Source of the DNA: an uncultured delta proteobacterium
GTDB taxonomy: Bacteria; Desulfobacterota; Binatia; UBA9968
Direction: 5' to 3'
Length of the DNA: 64,000 nucleotides
Assembly: GCA_963745835.1 (NCBI GenBank)
Contig: CAVUZH010000024.1
Span: 128,001 to 192,000, forward strand
Position 1 is the stretch's first letter; every line of letters begins with the position of its first letter. Shown piece after piece: positions 51,459 to 61,403 of this stretch. The position numbers were made by a program, and so were the translations under genes. The notes beneath the pieces were generated by a model. That model was not told the origin of the DNA. It saw only the letters and a list, made by a program, of their open reading frames with translations, and made no database searches.

Positions 51459-51536
51459 CCCGCAAGCCGCAAAGACGCGAAGTTCGGAAGTTGGAATCCG
51501 AGTACTTTTCCTTTGCGCCTTAGCGTCTTTGCCGGA
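51459..51536. repeat. Intra-operon REP-like inverted repeat
   Basis: GCAAAGACGC (51469) pairs with GCGTCTTTGC (51523); extra CGCAA/TTGCG units. Confidence 0.5.
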
Positions 51537-51560
51537 GGTAATGCTTTCGATTTCATCTCG

Positions 51561-52025
51561 CTAGAGCTTCTGTGCCGCGAGATAGATCGCATCGACGATC
51601 TTGTTGTAGCCGGTGCACCGGCAGATATTGCCTGAGACAGCCTCTTCGATGTCTTCAGCCGAAGGTTTCTTGGTACGGTCGAGCAGTGCTTTCACCGACA
51701 TGATAAATCCCGGCGTGCAGTAACCGCACTGCACCGCGCCGGTGTCGATGAACGCCTGCTGCACAGGATGTAATTTATCGCCATCAGCTAATCCCTCGAT
51801 AGTGATGATCTCAGCGCCGTTGGCGTCGGCAGCCATGGTGACGCACGAGTTGATCGGCTTGCCGTTGTAGATCACGGTGCAAGCGCCGCACTCGCCGGTG
51901 TTGCAGCAGAGCTTGCTGCCCTTCATTTCCAGCGTGTCGCGGAGAAACTCCAAGAGTGAGGCCGACGCATCCGCGCTAGCGCTGATCGACTGACCGTTTA
52001 TTTTCGTGTTGATGCTGACACTCAT
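51561..52025 (-). CDS. 2Fe-2S small subunit (CoxS/XdhC-like)
   Basis: CNTGECGACTV, QCGYCTPG, GNICRCTGY. Confidence 0.95.
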   Translation of the reverse strand: MSVSINTKINGQSISASADASASLLEFLRDTLEMKGSKLCCNTGECGACTVIYNGKPINSCVTMAADANGAEIITIEGLADGDKLHPVQQAFIDTGAVQCGYCTPGFIMSVKALLDRTKKPSAEDIEEAVSGNICRCTGYNKIVDAIYLAAQKL

Positions 52026-52894
52026 CTACCTACCTCCTTGCCGGTCGCGGCCTTCCAGGTTTGTTCTAGACCCCGCCGGGTCAGAGCTTCGACGATCCAG
52101 CGCCGGTTCTCGGCGCTGCTGCGCTGATCGTCGATCGGACTCGCTTCGGTCGCGGCCAGCGCGCCGGCTTCCTTTAGAAGTGCCGCGGTCAGCGGCTTGC
52201 CGCGCAGCAGCGCTTCGGTCTTCGGCGCGCGAACCGGGGTCGGTGCTACCGCGCCCAAGCCGATGCGAACATCTTGTATATTGCTCTTCCCGGCATCCGG
52301 CGTCATCAAGACCGCCACACCCACCATCGCAATATCCATTGCGCCGCGCACGGCATGCTTCAAATACACGCCTTTGCTGCCGGCTGGGGGATAGGGCACA
52401 TCGATTTCGGTCAGCAGACCTTTGCTACCGAGAACGGACTTTCCCGGTCCCTGAAAAAATGACATGAACGGTTGATTTCTCTCGCCTTCCGAAAAAGCGC
52501 ACTTCGCGCTTGCTTCGAGCACCAGCAGTGGTGCTAAGGTTTCGCCCGAGGGCGAAGCGCGGCAGATATTGCCGCCGATGGTGGCGGTGTTGCGCACCTG
52601 TAAGGACGCGAATTGGTGCGACGCATCCCAGAGCAGCGGCAGCTTGTCACGCAAAATAGCGTTGGTCTCAAGCTCACGGATGGTCGCCAATGGCCCGATG
52701 CGGAGGCTGCCGCCGTTCTCTTGGATACCCGATAGCCCGCTGAGCTTTTTGATGTTGATCAGGCAGGCCGGCTCTTCCTTATACTTGATGTCCACCATTA
52801 CATCGGTGCCGCCGGCAATCACCTTAGCTTCGGCCCCGTGCTTGATGAGCAACGACAAAGCCTCGTCTGTGGATTTCGGTTCAAAGTATTCCAT
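52022..52894 (-). CDS. FAD-binding medium subunit (CoxM/XdhB-like)
   Basis: IAGGTD, VRNTATIGGN, GAVAPTP, PIDDQRS. Confidence 0.93.
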   Translation of the reverse strand: MEYFEPKSTDEALSLLIKHGAEAKVIAGGTDVMVDIKYKEEPACLINIKKLSGLSGIQENGGSLRIGPLATIRELETNAILRDKLPLLWDASHQFASLQVRNTATIGGNICRASPSGETLAPLLVLEASAKCAFSEGERNQPFMSFFQGPGKSVLGSKGLLTEIDVPYPPAGSKGVYLKHAVRGAMDIAMVGVAVLMTPDAGKSNIQDVRIGLGAVAPTPVRAPKTEALLRGKPLTAALLKEAGALAATEASPIDDQRSSAENRRWIVEALTRRGLEQTWKAATGKEVGR

Positions 52895-53178
52895 CAGTTC
52901 CCCCGATAATTTACTTGAGCTGATATGGTCAGTTTCAATCTCTACAGCATTACAGGTCAGCTCGTCACTCGGCGATCTGTCAGTTTCATATTAGCCCAAC
53001 GGTGCAACTGTCAAGGGACAAAGTAAGAAAACGATCAGGAATGCGAACGCAAACAGCTAGAACAGTCGGCCGGGCGAAGTGATCGCCGAGTTCGGTCACT
53101 ACCAGCCCTGATCGGCATTCGGAGACTGCTGCTGGCGTACTTTGCTCATCCTTGGTCGGATTCAAGCCTGGATGAAGT

Positions 53179-53574
53179 TTATCTCTCGAGTAAGGTCTTT
53201 AGTTTGTTTAGATCCCTCTCGACAGATCCGGCGTCATCGGCAAACTTTTGATCCGACATGCCGGCCAGGCGGTAAAGCGTAAAAACTACTTCACTGCCGT
53301 CGTTATTCGGGAAGACACGCATGGGGTTATAGAATTTGGTTCCGGACGATAAAGTCACATCATGATCTAGAATTCCAAATTTGTTTTTCTCGGCGAAATT
53401 AACTTTCACCGTTCCCATCGGCGCCTCGGCTATCCATTCGTCGTCGACGTTTTTTATGGAACCGCTGAGTCCTCCGGCCCATCGAGGGAGGTTCTCAGGG
53501 TTCGATGCAAATTCATAAACCTCAGCGGCGCGGCGTTCGATCGACACACTGATATGCTTAGCCATGAACGTCAT
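53179..53574 (-). CDS. SRPBCC/polyketide cyclase family protein
   Basis: VYEFASNPENLPRWA, GILDHDV, NPMRV, DL..LK.LLE. Confidence 0.85.
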   Translation of the reverse strand: MTFMAKHISVSIERRAAEVYEFASNPENLPRWAGGLSGSIKNVDDEWIAEAPMGTVKVNFAEKNKFGILDHDVTLSSGTKFYNPMRVFPNNDGSEVVFTLYRLAGMSDQKFADDAGSVERDLNKLKTLLER

Positions 53575-53663
53575 TAGAAAATCTCCTTACATTAGGTTCG
53601 GATTAACCGGAACTCAGCTTCAGCCGCTTGGTTGACCCTCACACCAGATCGCGCAATTAATAG

Positions 53664-54101
53664 ATGTATATAAGCCAAGCTCAGCTCGGTTTTCGCAAGC
53701 CCGATCTATTTGAACGTATGTTGAACAAAGGTTTTCGGGGGCTTGGCCTAGGTCACAAGTACCTCTTGGAGGTGCAGGGTCGCAAGATCTATCGAGTCTA
53801 TTCGACTCCCGTGGACCTGCTGGAGTTCATGGGGACGCGCTTCCTCGTTGCTCCTCGCGGACGCACACCATGGGTCCGTAACGCCGAGGGCCCAAATCAA
53901 ATCGCTTTGAAGAGGCGTCCAGCGCCGAAGATCCAGATTCGGATCGTTTCAGATGATGAAAAATCGCAGATCCTGAAGGAGTATCTGGACCGCTTCAACT
54001 TGACGGTGCAGAGATATTTTCTAATCGAAGCCGGCTCCAAGTCCCGATATTTTGTAACAATCGTCAGCCTATATCCGGTTTTTGAATTGTTCGAGCTCTA
54101 G
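53664..54101 (+). CDS. Deazaflavin-dependent nitroreductase-like protein, apparently degenerate
   Basis: LL.V.GRK, STPV, LVAPRG.T.WVRNA, YPVFEL; seems to carry small internal deletions. Confidence 0.55.
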   Translation: MYISQAQLGFRKPDLFERMLNKGFRGLGLGHKYLLEVQGRKIYRVYSTPVDLLEFMGTRFLVAPRGRTPWVRNAEGPNQIALKRRPAPKIQIRIVSDDEKSQILKEYLDRFNLTVQRYFLIEAGSKSRYFVTIVSLYPVFELFEL

Positions 54102-54180
54102 TGTTTGTCTTACGATAAGTCGATGAACGAAAGGCGCGCCATGCTGCCGGCATTATCGAACGGAAAAAATAGCGCCCATC

Positions 54181-54207
54181 TGTCCTGAATGCCCTTGCTC
54201 ATTCGTC
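54181..54207 (+). promoter_or_regulatory. Putative ECF42-type promoter for the YciI-sigma locus
   Basis: TGTC..-N17-CGTC ending about 35 nt upstream of the yciI start; resembles the TGTCGA/CGWC consensus. Confidence 0.5.
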
Positions 54208-54241
54208 GACTCAATGAAAGCACAATCTACAGGAGGAAATC

Positions 54242-54658
54242 ATGAGCACACAGACGACAACAGAATGCATGTTGTTATTTCGCGGCACCGACTGGCACAA
54301 AGGGCTGTCACCGGAGGAAATTCAGGAGGTGGTGAAGCAAATGTATGCCTGGCTTGACCGCTTGACGGCGCAGGGTAAGGCCAAAGCCGGCAAACCCCTC
54401 TTTCCAGAGGGTAAAATCGTTTCACAAAAGAAAGGCCGTTCAGTCGCGGATGGTCCGTTTGCCGAGTCCAAAGAAGCGATTGCCGGATTCTTTTTGCTCG
54501 AGGTCGGCAGTTTGGAGGAGGCGGCGGAGATCGCCAAGGATTTTCCAGGCTTGAATTACGGCGCCACCGTGGAAGTTAGGCCGGTGGCGCCTGAATGCCC
54601 ATTGGCGCTAAGCCCAAGGGAACAAAGCGCTGCACAACCGGCTCGCGCGGGCGCGTGA
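54242..54658 (+). CDS. YciI/DGPF domain protein
   Basis: DGPFAESKEAIAGF, VEVRPV; AGGAGG RBS. Confidence 0.9.
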   Translation: MSTQTTTECMLLFRGTDWHKGLSPEEIQEVVKQMYAWLDRLTAQGKAKAGKPLFPEGKIVSQKKGRSVADGPFAESKEAIAGFFLLEVGSLEEAAEIAKDFPGLNYGATVEVRPVAPECPLALSPREQSAAQPARAGA

Positions 54659-54903
54659 TTTCACCGCGCCGTCATCGCCTGTTGTACAAAATCCCGACAG
54701 CCTCGCCACGAGCGGAAGTTTCAATGTTCCCAATCCTTTCCGTTCGCGGTGAGCCGGCGGGAGGAGTCAAAAAAATTTTCAGCCCGGGCGCGGTCAAGCG
54801 GCCTAACCCCTTGAGCTCAATGTTGGATCGCCTTCAATGCGGCGGTCGAGCTGAAGCCTAGCGTTGCCGATTGCGCCTGCGACGGTCACAGAATGGCTCA
54901 TTA

Positions 54904-56265
54904 ATGAAGACGACAAATTCCGATACCAAGAGTCCGGTGCCGTGCTCGGGAGAAGTTACTCAGGTGGTGGAGCATTGCTTCCGGCATGAGTCCGGAAGGA
55001 TAATTTCGACCTTGACCAGAATTTTTGGCATCGAGCATATCAATCGGGCCGAAGACGTAGTTCAGGAAACCTTAGCCAGGGCATTGCAAACATGGCCCTA
55101 TTACGGAATCCCGCAAAATCCCGCCGCTTGGATCACGCAGGTAGCGAAAAATTTGGCTCTGGATCTCATCCGCCGCGAAAAGATTTTTCACAATAAACAA
55201 ATCGAGATCGCGCGCTTGATAGACCAGGATTCGCCGAATGCCGCAGCCGAGAATGCGCTAGTCGGTGAAAAGGAAATTACCGATGACCGTCTCCGTATGA
55301 TGTTTGTCTGCTGCCATCCCGTGCTCCCGCAAGAGGCCCACGTGGCGCTGGCGCTCAAGACTCTTTGCGGCTTTAGCCCCGGCGAGATTGCCCGAGCATT
55401 TCTCACATCTGAAGCGGCAATCGCCAAACGGCTGACCCGGGCAAAGCAAAAGATCCGCGACGCGCGCGTGCCGTTTGAAATTCCGGCAGGCGAGGAGCTG
55501 GCGCAGCGCCTCGACGGCGTGCTGCAAACGCTTTATCTGCTTTTCAACGAAGGTTACAAAGCTTCAACAGGAGACCAACTGATTAGAGAAGCGCTCTGTC
55601 ATGAAGCCATCCGCCTCGGTGGGTTATTGGCTGAACATCCCGCAGGCAATCGTCCCCGAACTCACGCCTTGCTGGCGCTGATGTTACTGAACGGGGCACG
55701 GTTGAAGGCGCGACTGGACCAGAATGGAAACATTCTCCGACTGAAGGAACAGACCCGCTCAACCTGGGACCAGGCGATGATCGCGCGCGGATTGTTTCAT
55801 CTGATGCAATCCATGGCCGGCGACGAAATCAGTGAGTATCATCTGCAGGCCGGCATTGCGGCGTGCCACTGCGCTGCCAAGGATTACCAATCCACCGATT
55901 GGGCGCAGATCCTTTCGCTTTACGACCGGCTGCTCGAGCTAAATGATTCGCCCGTGATTGTCCTCAATCGTGCGGTAGCTCTCGCCAACCTGCACGGTCC
56001 GAGGGCAGGCATCGAAGCGGTGCACTCGATTCAAAATCGGCAGGAGTTGAATTCATATTATCTACTCTATGCAGTTCTGGCGGAGTTTGAGGCGGATCTA
56101 AACAATAAAGAAGCTGCCGGCAACTACTTCCGCAGGTCCCTGGAACTAACCACCATCAAGTCGGAACAGATTTTCATCTCGAAAAAGCTCAATCAGCTTG
56201 AGGCCGGCTCCTCAACGACTAATGTCGCGGGAAGGCGAAAACGGCGCCCGGCAACGACCCGGTAA
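54904..56265 (+). CDS. ECF sigma factor with C-terminal TPR extension (ECF42-like)
   Basis: AEDVVQE, DDRLRMMFVCCHP, EIARAFL, YLLFNEGY, YHLQAGIAACH, LNRAVA; next to a DGPF gene. Confidence 0.9.
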   Translation: MKTTNSDTKSPVPCSGEVTQVVEHCFRHESGRIISTLTRIFGIEHINRAEDVVQETLARALQTWPYYGIPQNPAAWITQVAKNLALDLIRREKIFHNKQIEIARLIDQDSPNAAAENALVGEKEITDDRLRMMFVCCHPVLPQEAHVALALKTLCGFSPGEIARAFLTSEAAIAKRLTRAKQKIRDARVPFEIPAGEELAQRLDGVLQTLYLLFNEGYKASTGDQLIREALCHEAIRLGGLLAEHPAGNRPRTHALLALMLLNGARLKARLDQNGNILRLKEQTRSTWDQAMIARGLFHLMQSMAGDEISEYHLQAGIAACHCAAKDYQSTDWAQILSLYDRLLELNDSPVIVLNRAVALANLHGPRAGIEAVHSIQNRQELNSYYLLYAVLAEFEADLNNKEAAGNYFRRSLELTTIKSEQIFISKKLNQLEAGSSTTNVAGRRKRRPATTR

Positions 56266-56571
56266 CTCCAGCTTGCCCGGGCCGACGCTCGCAGCCCATC
56301 ACTCAGGCAAGCCGACCTACGATGCCCCCGCTTTATCAGTAATGCCTGCAAATCTTCAATCCGTCGACGATTAACACCTAGATCGCTGTAACCGAGCCGC
56401 GATGCCAACCTCACCGCAATAACTCCTCAGCGATCCGCAAGTGAAGTTCGAGATCGTCGACAAAGCCAAAGACGGCGCTGGTGCATTCGGCATGAAGATA
56501 ATCGGCACTCGCAGCAATGATTTTGGTACGCGGAAGTGCGGGGCGCTTTACCTTTTTTCTTGTCATTCAAC

Positions 56572-56901
56572 TTAGAACTCAGATGCTTTGGCGACTGAGA
56601 TATCGTATCCTTCCCCCTCTTTGCGCAAGCGGCCGTCAATCACAAACGGCCCAAATGGAAGCAACGCCGCAAGAAGGACGAGACCCGTCCACCGAAAGCT
56701 CCAGCGCATGGCATCTTGCGCCAGCATCAAGGCGATGACAAACCCGATAAACAGGATTCCGTGCACCCATCCGACAATACGCACTGCCTCCGGCATTCCG
56801 GCAAAATGTTTTAACGGCATCGCTATTCCCAGCAACACCAGGAATGAAACGGCCTCAACGATTCCAATCAAGCGAAGCCGGCCGACTGGTGTTCTCAGCA
56901 T
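56572..56901 (-). CDS. DUF3817 family small membrane protein
   Basis: EAVSFL.LL.IAMPLK, G.VHG.LF, LPFGPF. Confidence 0.85.
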   Translation of the reverse strand: MLRTPVGRLRLIGIVEAVSFLVLLGIAMPLKHFAGMPEAVRIVGWVHGILFIGFVIALMLAQDAMRWSFRWTGLVLLAALLPFGPFVIDGRLRKEGEGYDISVAKASEF

Positions 56902-57114
56902 ACTCTCCCTTTTTATCCAAACCGATGCCGTACTTTAGCGAATCGATTCTACTGCAGTATCCTGATCTATCCGCGATCGCCAATATTCCGCAGTCAACCT
57001 GGGAAATGGACGGGGAAGAGGCCAAATTCATAGCCGATTTCCCCCGGCGGGACCGCGCGCGGAGCAAATCGGAAATCAATCAAAATCAAGCTGCTTCATC
57101 CTGAGTATCCTCTC

Positions 57115-58005
57115 TCACGCGGCTGGGAAGTCAGCGACCGCAGGAATGATTTGCTTGCCGATTAGTTCGATGGACGTTATCTCGTGATCGTTAGGTACAT
57201 TGATAATCAAGTGCTCGATGCCGGCGTCACTGATGGATCGGCAGTATTCTATAGCTTCGCGCACGCTGTTTGAACCACCGACATCGAGCCTGCCAATGGC
57301 GGTGCGCTCGATCTCGTCATAAGGTCGGCCGATTGCGTCGCAACTTTTTCGCAGCACGTCGAGCTTGGCGCGAACGACTTCCAGACCGTCGAACGCATAG
57401 AGATTGCAAGCATCGCCGTATTTCGCCACCAGAGGCAGGGTCTTCTTCTCACCGGCGCCGCCAATTAGAATATTTGGATGCGGTTTGGCAAGCGGCTGAG
57501 GCGAATTGAGCGTCTCGGCCAGGCGATAATGTTTGCCGTTATACGGGACAACTTTTCCTGACCACATCTGCAGCGCAATCTGGAGGGTTTCCTCTAAACG
57601 CTCGAAGCGCTCTTTCAGCGGCGGAAAGGGAACACCAAGGCCGATAGCCTCGCGTTCGTACCAGCCCGCCCCGACCCCAAAATAGGCCCGGCCTCCGGAT
57701 AGGACATCGAGAGATGTTACGGTTTTGACGAGAATGCCGGGGTGGCGGTAAATCACCCCGCTAACGAGTGTTCCGAGGCGGATTCGCTTGGTCACGGCGG
57801 CCAAGAAGTTAAGCGCGCTGTAGCCTTCCAACATTGGCTCTTCGGGCTTACCGATCATGTCGATCTGAAAAAAATGATCCATCACCCAGAGACTTGCAAA
57901 ACCGGCTTCCTCCGCTGCTTGACCGATCCGAGCCAGGGTTGATGCTATAGCCGATTCCCCCGCTGGCCAAGTAAAAGATGGTATCTGCAGCCCCAGTTTC
58001 ATCAT
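57115..58005 (-). CDS. LLM class, probably F420-dependent oxidoreductase
   Basis: WVMDHFFQI, YRHPGILVK, LDVLSGGR, GAGWYERE, IGGAGEKKTL. Confidence 0.88.
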   Translation of the reverse strand: MMKLGLQIPSFTWPAGESAIASTLARIGQAAEEAGFASLWVMDHFFQIDMIGKPEEPMLEGYSALNFLAAVTKRIRLGTLVSGVIYRHPGILVKTVTSLDVLSGGRAYFGVGAGWYEREAIGLGVPFPPLKERFERLEETLQIALQMWSGKVVPYNGKHYRLAETLNSPQPLAKPHPNILIGGAGEKKTLPLVAKYGDACNLYAFDGLEVVRAKLDVLRKSCDAIGRPYDEIERTAIGRLDVGGSNSVREAIEYCRSISDAGIEHLIINVPNDHEITSIELIGKQIIPAVADFPAA

Positions 58006-58068
58006 GCCCTCCGCGCGAAAAATTGAACGCAGATCGCGGTGATTATCTCACAAGAATATTTAGGATCT

Positions 58069-59202
58069 TCACAGGTCGGCGTTTGTGGGCTGAACTTTGA
58101 GCGGGAGTCGCACCATAAACTCGCTGCCTTTACCAACGCCCTCGCTGCGAACCTGGACTGAACCACCGTGGAGCGCGACAAAGTCTTTGACCAAGGCCAA
58201 GCCGATGCCGAGTCCGCCATGCGAAAGCTGGGTTTCCACCTGGGTGAAGAGATCGAATATTCGCGGCAACATATCGTGAGGAATTCCCACTCCGCTGTCA
58301 GTGACCCGGACCACGGCCTCGTCGGCCTCGGTGGTCACCTTAATAGAGATAGCCCCGTGCTCTGGAGTGTACTTGACCGCATTACTCAGTAGATTCAAGA
58401 AGACCTGCTGCAATCGATCACGATCGCCTTGCAGCACGATCGCGGACCATGGCCCAATCACCTGGATTCTCTGACGGCGTTCGTCAACCTTGGGCCGCGC
58501 CGACTCCACAGCCTTTTCGATAACTTCCTGAAGCACGACAGGTCCGATAGTTAAGCGAACCTTGCCTGTGCTGATGCGCGTCACATCCAATAAGTCATCA
58601 AGCATCCTGCGAACGAAATCCAACTGCTCCTCGATGAGTTTGAGCGAACCCTCTAAATCGGGGTTGCGAGAGGCTGTTCTACTGATGAGTTCCACCGCCG
58701 TGCATATCGACGCCATCGGGTTACGAAGCTCATGCGAGAAAGTGGCTAAAAAGTTATCCTTTCGCTGATTCGCTGCAGTCAGTGCCTGTACTTGGTTGCG
58801 CAATGTTTCGAGTTGCTCGCGCAGATCCGTTCGGTTGCGAAGGATCTTGCCAAAGCCTAAGAGATTCTGGTTCTGATCACGCAGGGCTATTAGTATGCCG
58901 GTGGCCCAAAATCGAGAGCCGTCTCGGCGCATCTGCCATCGATCATCTTCCGCTTTGCCGAAATTAAGCGCCAGTTCGATTTCCTGATCGGGAATTCCCC
59001 TCTCTCTATCTTCCGGGGTAAACAGAATTCCAAGAGGCTGGCCTACCATCTCGTTTGAGCTGCGGTCGAAGATATACCCGGCTCCGGGGCTCCACCACAG
59101 AACGCGCGCATCCGCATCTAGAAGCACAAAAGCGTGCTCTTTCGACTGCTGAGCCAGAAGACTAAGAAGTTGATGAATGCGCGCTGTATCAGGTTCTGAC
59201 AT
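58069..59202 (-). CDS. Soluble PAS-domain sensor histidine kinase
   Basis: PAS (RRDGSRFWA), SHELRNP, NLLSNAVKY, DSGVGI, GLGIGL, GKGSEF. Confidence 0.92.
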   Translation of the reverse strand: MSEPDTARIHQLLSLLAQQSKEHAFVLLDADARVLWWSPGAGYIFDRSSNEMVGQPLGILFTPEDRERGIPDQEIELALNFGKAEDDRWQMRRDGSRFWATGILIALRDQNQNLLGFGKILRNRTDLREQLETLRNQVQALTAANQRKDNFLATFSHELRNPMASICTAVELISRTASRNPDLEGSLKLIEEQLDFVRRMLDDLLDVTRISTGKVRLTIGPVVLQEVIEKAVESARPKVDERRQRIQVIGPWSAIVLQGDRDRLQQVFLNLLSNAVKYTPEHGAISIKVTTEADEAVVRVTDSGVGIPHDMLPRIFDLFTQVETQLSHGGLGIGLALVKDFVALHGGSVQVRSEGVGKGSEFMVRLPLKVQPTNADL

Positions 59203-59690
59203 TCAGTAGGTCCCTTTGTTGAAAAACTTGTGCTGGGGTTTACGGCGGTGTCGTCAGCAGAAGTCCGCCGTATAGACACTACTGCAAGTATACCGGAGAT
59301 CTCGCGCAACTCCAGATTCGGTTGCAAACAATTTGAAACCTCTCCGGGCGAAAAACGGCTCTGAGAGTTTCATTAATTTGATTATCTTGAGCCAACGGTT
59401 TGCCGCTTAAGCTGCTGATTTTTGCGGTCATCTGACTCTTCAAAGCAGGCTAAAATTCCGCCAGATAAGCGACCATCACTGGAATATCCCAGGGGCATCT
59501 CAGCGAACTGGTACTTGCCTCATCCAGCAATTATCCGACATCAGAAGAAACACACGGAGAGTTTGCATTAGTTCCCGCCGAGCTGTTAAATCGTCGCTGT
59601 CGACGACCGACGTAGCAAACACGTTGAGTGAACTTTATGCTTACAATTCGAATAACCTACGACCCACCTTTTTCAGGAGATAAAATCACT

Positions 59691-60677
59691 ATGGTAGCGA
59701 AAGGCGTTTTTATAATCGGATTGCTGGCTGCTATTCTGCTAACGCCTGGCAGACCGGTTTTTGCCGCGTCGACATCGATGCGGGTTCTATATCCTAGCTT
59801 TGGTGGCACCTGGGCGACGCCCTGGATCGCCAAAGAGGCCGGCTATTTTGCCGCCGAGGGACTTGACGTCGAACTCATTCGGGTCGGAGGCAGCACGAGA
59901 ATGGTGGCAGCGATGTTGGGAGGAAGCGCGCCTATTATCCAAGCCGGTGCTGCTGCGGCAATCGCCGCCACGGCCGCCGGAAGCGATGTCGTTATTATCG
60001 CCGCTACGGGGAACGTATCGCCGTTTCGTTTGATGGCCCGACCGGATATCAAGCAACCTTCAGACCTAAAAGGTAAAAGAGCCGGCATCACCACGTTCGG
60101 ATCAACGTCGGATCAGGTGGTTCGCATAGCGCTGCAGAAATTCAATTTAGAGCCAAATAAAGATGTGGCGATTCTATCGTTGGGGGCCCAGCCGGAGGCG
60201 TTTGCCGCATTACAAAGCGGCGCGGTGCAAGTGGCGGCCTTAAGCTATCCGCTTTACGCGAAAGCAGCCCAACTGGGAATGCGCGAGTTGATTAACTTCG
60301 GTGACCTTGGAGTGGAAGACGTCAACGGCGGGGTCATCACCACCCGGTCCTATATTGCGCAGCATCGTGATACTGCCACCCGTTTTATCCAGGCTTACAT
60401 ACGGGGCGCACACCGGTATCGGAACGACAAGGAATTTAGCAAACGCGTTCTAGGAAAGTACGGCAAAATTACTGAAGATGATCTTTTGGAAGGCACTTGG
60501 CAGGATTATGCGCCGACGATTCAAAAAGTCCCACGTCCCTCCCCGAAGGCCGTTCAGTTTTTGATTGAGTTTCAGTTCAAAGGCAAGACACCGCTGCCCA
60601 AACCGGAAAACTTTGTCGATATGTCGATCGTGGATGAACTCGAAAAGAACGGCTTTATTGATTCGGTTTACAAGTGA
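59691..60677 (+). CDS. Orphan ABC substrate-binding protein, SsuA/NMT1 family
   Basis: Signal peptide, PWIAKEAGYF..EGLDVE, DLKGKR.GIT..GS, LEKNGFI. Confidence 0.85.
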   Translation: MVAKGVFIIGLLAAILLTPGRPVFAASTSMRVLYPSFGGTWATPWIAKEAGYFAAEGLDVELIRVGGSTRMVAAMLGGSAPIIQAGAAAAIAATAAGSDVVIIAATGNVSPFRLMARPDIKQPSDLKGKRAGITTFGSTSDQVVRIALQKFNLEPNKDVAILSLGAQPEAFAALQSGAVQVAALSYPLYAKAAQLGMRELINFGDLGVEDVNGGVITTRSYIAQHRDTATRFIQAYIRGAHRYRNDKEFSKRVLGKYGKITEDDLLEGTWQDYAPTIQKVPRPSPKAVQFLIEFQFKGKTPLPKPENFVDMSIVDELEKNGFIDSVYK

Positions 60678-60790
60678 TCGGCAGCAGATAGCCCCGCCGG
60701 AACAGGCGAAGCCGGGTCATTCGCGGAAGCTGCGGCGCCGTGCAACAACTCACGCGAGGCCGCCTAGCAGTCACTGGCATCCTACGGCTG

Positions 60791-61102
60791 CTACTTCTTC
60801 TGAACCTGGAGATTGTTGGTAACTTTTTTTACGCCACCAACGCCGCGCGCTAGCTCTTCCGCGCGGGATCTGTCCTGCGGCGTATTAACGACTCCGTTTA
60901 GCGCAACCACACCGCTGGTGGTATCGACATCGACACGGGTCAAGGTCCCGGCCTTATCTTGGGCCAGTCGAGCTTTCACGCTTGAGGTGATGGTCGCGTC
61001 ATCGACATTCTCGCCGGCTGTCCGGCCGGTCATCGCCTGACATCCTCCGAGGATCCCGAGCAGCACGAGCACGACGGCCATCGATTTTAGATTCCGTATC
61101 AT
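60791..61102 (-). CDS. BON domain lipoprotein (OsmY-like)
   Basis: Lipobox LGGC; DDATITSSVKA, VDVDT..GVV.L.G, GVKKVTNNL. Confidence 0.92.
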   Translation of the reverse strand: MIRNLKSMAVVLVLLGILGGCQAMTGRTAGENVDDATITSSVKARLAQDKAGTLTRVDVDTTSGVVALNGVVNTPQDRSRAEELARGVGGVKKVTNNLQVQKK

Positions 61103-61170
61103 AGTTGAATCCTCCTCTTTGTACGTCTAACAACCGGCGAGCGTTGAGGCAACTAGGGTCGATACGAAAA

Positions 61171-61194
61171 ATCAAAAATCAATCAAAAATCAAT
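61171..61194. repeat. 11-bp direct tandem repeat upstream of the BON gene
   Basis: ATCAAAAATCA-ATCAAAAATCA-AT. Confidence 0.5.
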
Positions 61195-61403
61195 ATAGAT
61201 GTCTGTAGTCCAAATTTCTCTTGACTTGTTCAGGAACCAGCCTGCGATCCGAAACTTCATATTCCACATTCGTATTTGGAGCAGAAAATAGCATTCTGCT
61301 GTTTTGCCGGTCAGGCACGCATAAATCCGCAACTCGGCCATTCTGAAACTCGTCTGTGACACATATCCTGGATGCTGGGCTTTATGTCAAAGGCTAAATT
61401 CAG

